DNA of 64,000 nucleotides, from assembly GCA_010356995.1 (NCBI GenBank), contig ML996693.1, positions 248,001 to 312,000 on the forward strand. Reading direction: 5' to 3'. This DNA comes from Trichodelitschia bisporula. Lineage: Eukaryota. The notes below the pieces were generated by a model, which did no database searches, was not told where the DNA came from, and saw nothing but the letters and a program-made list of their open reading frames with translations. Below, in pieces: positions 60,876 through 64,000 of this stretch. Each line of letters starts with the position of its first letter. Position 1 is the stretch's first letter. The translations under genes were made by a program, and so were the position numbers.

Positions 60876-63191
60876 TCACTTACTATAAGCAGGTGGAGGA
60901 GGATGGTACTTGACCACCGCAATGCACCCTCCGTAGTGCCCCGTCTTACTTCTGACATAGTGGCAGTCATACTTATACAGGCCCTGCCCAATGGCGCCCT
61001 CCTTCGCTCGGTACGGTAAAAGCGGGAAATCCGGATCCCCTTGATCAGGTTCCCTCCAGTTGTTTTTACGTGCTCGGGTTACCGCTTTTTCATACGCCTC
61101 TTGCAGCTGATCCCGCTGAGACTGTCTTTCAGAGCTTTTAAATGACAGGTCGGTCACCGACGAATGCGCGGACAGGTGCGGTGCTCTGTGTCCGTCTCTG
61201 GGCAGGTCCGCTGAGTGGATACGTCGTAAAACCGGATCGTTGTCGCGCCGATGGGTCGACTCGCGAACCGCTTCGCAGTACCAGCACAGACACTCACTAT
61301 ATGGCTCTCCGTAGCGCCCTTCGTACTTGCCAGACGTGTAGATAAAGGCTTGATTTAGCAGGTGCTCCTCAATGTTCTCGTCATGGTCGATTAGGCCCCC
61401 GGCGTGTTGGTGCGAGTAGGCGCTATATGCCTGGGCTGTCAGCTTTGCTTCGAAGATATGGGCGGAATACAATTGGATTGAGCATGTGGGTATGCCATGC
61501 AAGGTCGACATCTAGCGTCGGGGCGACATCTTTTTCCCGAGAACTGCATATCATCCCGAAAAACCGTTCGTACTTGATGATCGACCTTTGCACAGTCGAA
61601 ATGGCCGTAGGCGAATGGAGCCAGTCGATCTCATGCATCTTCTTGACAAAAATGCCTTGCCGGAGGACGGAAGCTCCCAGATCCAAGGCAAAGGGGCTTG
61701 CGTTGTACCAGTATCGGTCTAGGAGATCTACGACCTGCTTTTGGTCCTTGACATAACCACCTCCCGTCCTGAGGCCGGGCCCCTTTAGGAAATTATCGAA
61801 TACTAGCCGGACGTTGATCATGGTTGTCTCGTCGTGTTGCGGAGCCAGGATTTCGGTGAAGTCGGTGAACGGTTGCCGGCCTCGCCTGAGCATTTGATGT
61901 GGAAAGTGTTGGGATCCAAAAAGGGGCCCTGCCATGGGATAGTCCCGCACCCGGAGGTTATTCATATCTTTGCGAAATTTCTGAGCGCGAAGATACTTGT
62001 GGCTGAGTTCAACTCCACAGAAGCCGCAAGTGGCCCGGAAGGCCTGGTCAGCATAACCGGTTCCATCAGTGGCGTTGTTTGCTCCGCGAGCCCAGTTCCA
62101 GTTCTCGGTCCATGGAAAGCTCGCAGGCCTGGTGCAGCTCGGGCACGGCATAGTCTTTTCCCATGGATCGTCGACGTTCGCCCATTTCAGACCGGTCTTT
62201 CGTTCGAAGTTCTCAACTGCAGCGGCTGGTGGCTCGTATTCCAGTGTGACGCGGTTGATGCAATTGGCAACTTCGAACAAGGGGAAAGGCGTCACGTAAA
62301 AGTCCAGTTTCCCTAGTATTATTAGCAAGGCTAACTGCTACACGTCTGTAAGCTAACCGTAGCGGACGCAGTCTTCGAAAAACCGCTGAGGATTTAGCAG
62401 GTATGCGTGCCACACGATCAGAACGTCTGAATCCATCAATAGAAGCTGCAGCAATTTCGGTACGACTCACCAAGCGGAGGGAGATGTTCGGGTGAGATGA
62501 GGTCGGTGAGCGGAACACCTCTGTGGAGCTTGGACTTTAACCGCGCGCGGCACGAATGCAACATGGCGATAGTGACCCTGGGTTGAGGCTTTCCTCCCAA
62601 AGTACTGGGAATGCACTTGTCCCACCACCGCTCAAATCGGTCAGCTGCTCTCGCTACAAAGACCGCCCATTTTTTGTCCTGGGTTTTCCCATGACGACCG
62701 GACTTCCTGCCATATGAAGACGCGGTAGAGCCTGGACGGCTGGTGCTATATGTTGGCGCGGCAGAACCTGGACGGCTGGAAGGGGTGGCGGGCGGATGGA
62801 CCCCAAGGGGCACCGCGTCGGGATGGAGGAGTCCGAAAAGGGCTCCGGGGCTCGATATCTCATTTCGAAAGTGCTGGAAGGCGTCCAAGACCTCCAGGTG
62901 CGCGATGACGTGGTTCGGTGTGATGCTAAGGACATGTCTCTGCAAGAGGTTAGACCACTGCCGAAGATGAACATGCTGGTCATTCACGTGTGGCTTGCCA
63001 TGGAAGAGGCGGAGTCTGCGTTGGCCATCGAACTGGCGCCTTGCAGCTGGAGAGATGGGATCAGGTGGGAAGTAAGTAAAATACTCGGGATTGTCGAATT
63101 TCTGTTCCGAGACAGGGCTCGGGGGGCGGGGCGGTAGGCTTCCAAACATGTAGTAACCGTCATTGGCGCTAGTCACAGAGCTTGGAAACAT
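60876..63191 (-). CDS. Glycine-rich-domain-containing (GRDP/DUF1399-like) protein
   Basis: VIAHLEVLDAFQHFR, WAVFVARAADRFERWW, LPPL-DVLIVWHAYLLNP, RQGIFVKKMHEIDW, APTLDVDLAWHTHMLNP, IDHDENIE and YSECLCWYCEAVRE. Three introns (about 62438-62470, 62313-62357 and 61431-61470). The start codon is uncertain. Confidence 0.85.
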
Positions 63192-63408
63192 GATGAGACC
63201 GTTCGTAGCTAGGATGCGAAGCGGTATGGATAAGAAAAGAGAGTGGTGGAACACCGTTGGGCTATTGCTGGGTCACGGCGTTATTCGAGTTCAGAGATGA
63301 GGCACAGTGAGCGGTATTATCAAGTGAAGAGGTGGTGTTCGAGCATGGCAGCTGCCGTCAACCTAGGGAAGGGAAGAGCGACTGTATTGCTAGGCAAGAC
63401 CCAAGTCG

Positions 63409-63968
63409 TCACTTCTCTGTAGACGATTGATGTTCAACAGGAGTCGCGCCGTCATCGAGGGGTGCCTGGTGTTCAACAGGAGCCGCGCCATCACCGAGGG
63501 GTGCCTTCGCAGTGTTGACAAGTCCAGTCGTCGCATCTACGCCAGTCTTGCCTAGTCCACTCCCAAGAGCATAGACCTGGCGTGTCAGCATTCCGCTCGA
63601 GACCGATACTGAGGAAGACCCACCGTGTTCCCCGCCGTATCTCCAACACCCTTCAGCACGCCGCCCACAGTGCCAGCCAGACCACCGATTACTTTCCCGG
63701 ACCCATCCAGTATTGTACCTGCGACGCCTCGCGCCCGATCTTTTTGTTCGGCAGACATGTTGTCTGGCAACATCTCTCGCGGAATTTGCATTTGCTGAGG
63801 GTTGCTCTCGCCGTCTTGCGCGTCTGCATGCTTGGATTCGTCGCCCTCGAGCTCGACTTGTCCAGCGGCATTCTTCCTCAGTTCGCGGAACTGGCGGCGG
63901 GCTTCGATTTCGGAGGTCCCGGGTAGGAGGTCGAGATCGACGACTTTGTTCTCAAGTACTTTGACCAT
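63409..63968 (-). CDS. Small Gly-rich, LEA-like hypothetical protein
   Basis: ATG at 63968; intron 63577-63623 (GTGGGT..GCTGAC..CAG). Contains GTILDGSGKVIGGLAGTVGGVLKGVGDTAGNT-VYALGSGLGKTG and a 13-aa duplication near the C-terminus. Confidence 0.7.
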
Positions 63969-64000
63969 GGTGTTTGTCTGAATCTTTTTCGTTTCGAGTG

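Noticed and set aside
61423..61511. Frameshift in the GRDP-like gene
   Set aside because: Explained by a 40-nt intron (GTATTC..GCTGAC..CAG) that restores HMLNPI-AYSAYS.
1..64000. Secondary-metabolite, RiPP or horizontally acquired cluster; RIP-degraded transposon
   Set aside because: No PKS/NRPS/terpene synthase, DUF3328-type oxidase, transposase or RT motifs, and no AT-rich island; most genes carry ordinary fungal introns.

Overview
This is a gene-dense, GC-rich stretch of a filamentous ascomycete (Pezizomycotina) nuclear genome. The short GT-AG introns with CTRAC branch points and the beta-tubulin sequence support this; a Dothideomycete-like origin is a guess. About 27 protein genes can be reconstructed by splicing the ORF fragments. 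Most are housekeeping: VPS9-ankyrin (Vrl1/VARP-like), UMP1, UBL3-like, ERG8, mitochondrial HMG-box, prefoldins 5 and 1, Fpg glycosylase, VPS26, gluconokinase, BCKDH E2, VPS25, an Mtr-like amino acid transporter, OPI3, beta-tubulin, alkaline ceramidase, CCH1, DPB4, a SUZ-domain protein and HEM25. The right third adds several fungal-specific or orphan genes. I found no credible transposon, rRNA, tRNA, CRISPR array or secondary-metabolite cluster, and I cannot honestly claim a new multi-gene system. The best leads are: an aromatic-rich uORF overlapping the start of the amino acid transporter; a secreted Gly/Pro/Leu-rich protein with dibasic sites and two apparent 1-nt frameshifts; a small ORF behind a 705-nt AUG-free leader; and a block-wise C-to-G skew oscillation confined to parts of the window. 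All family assignments come from motif recognition, not database searches.
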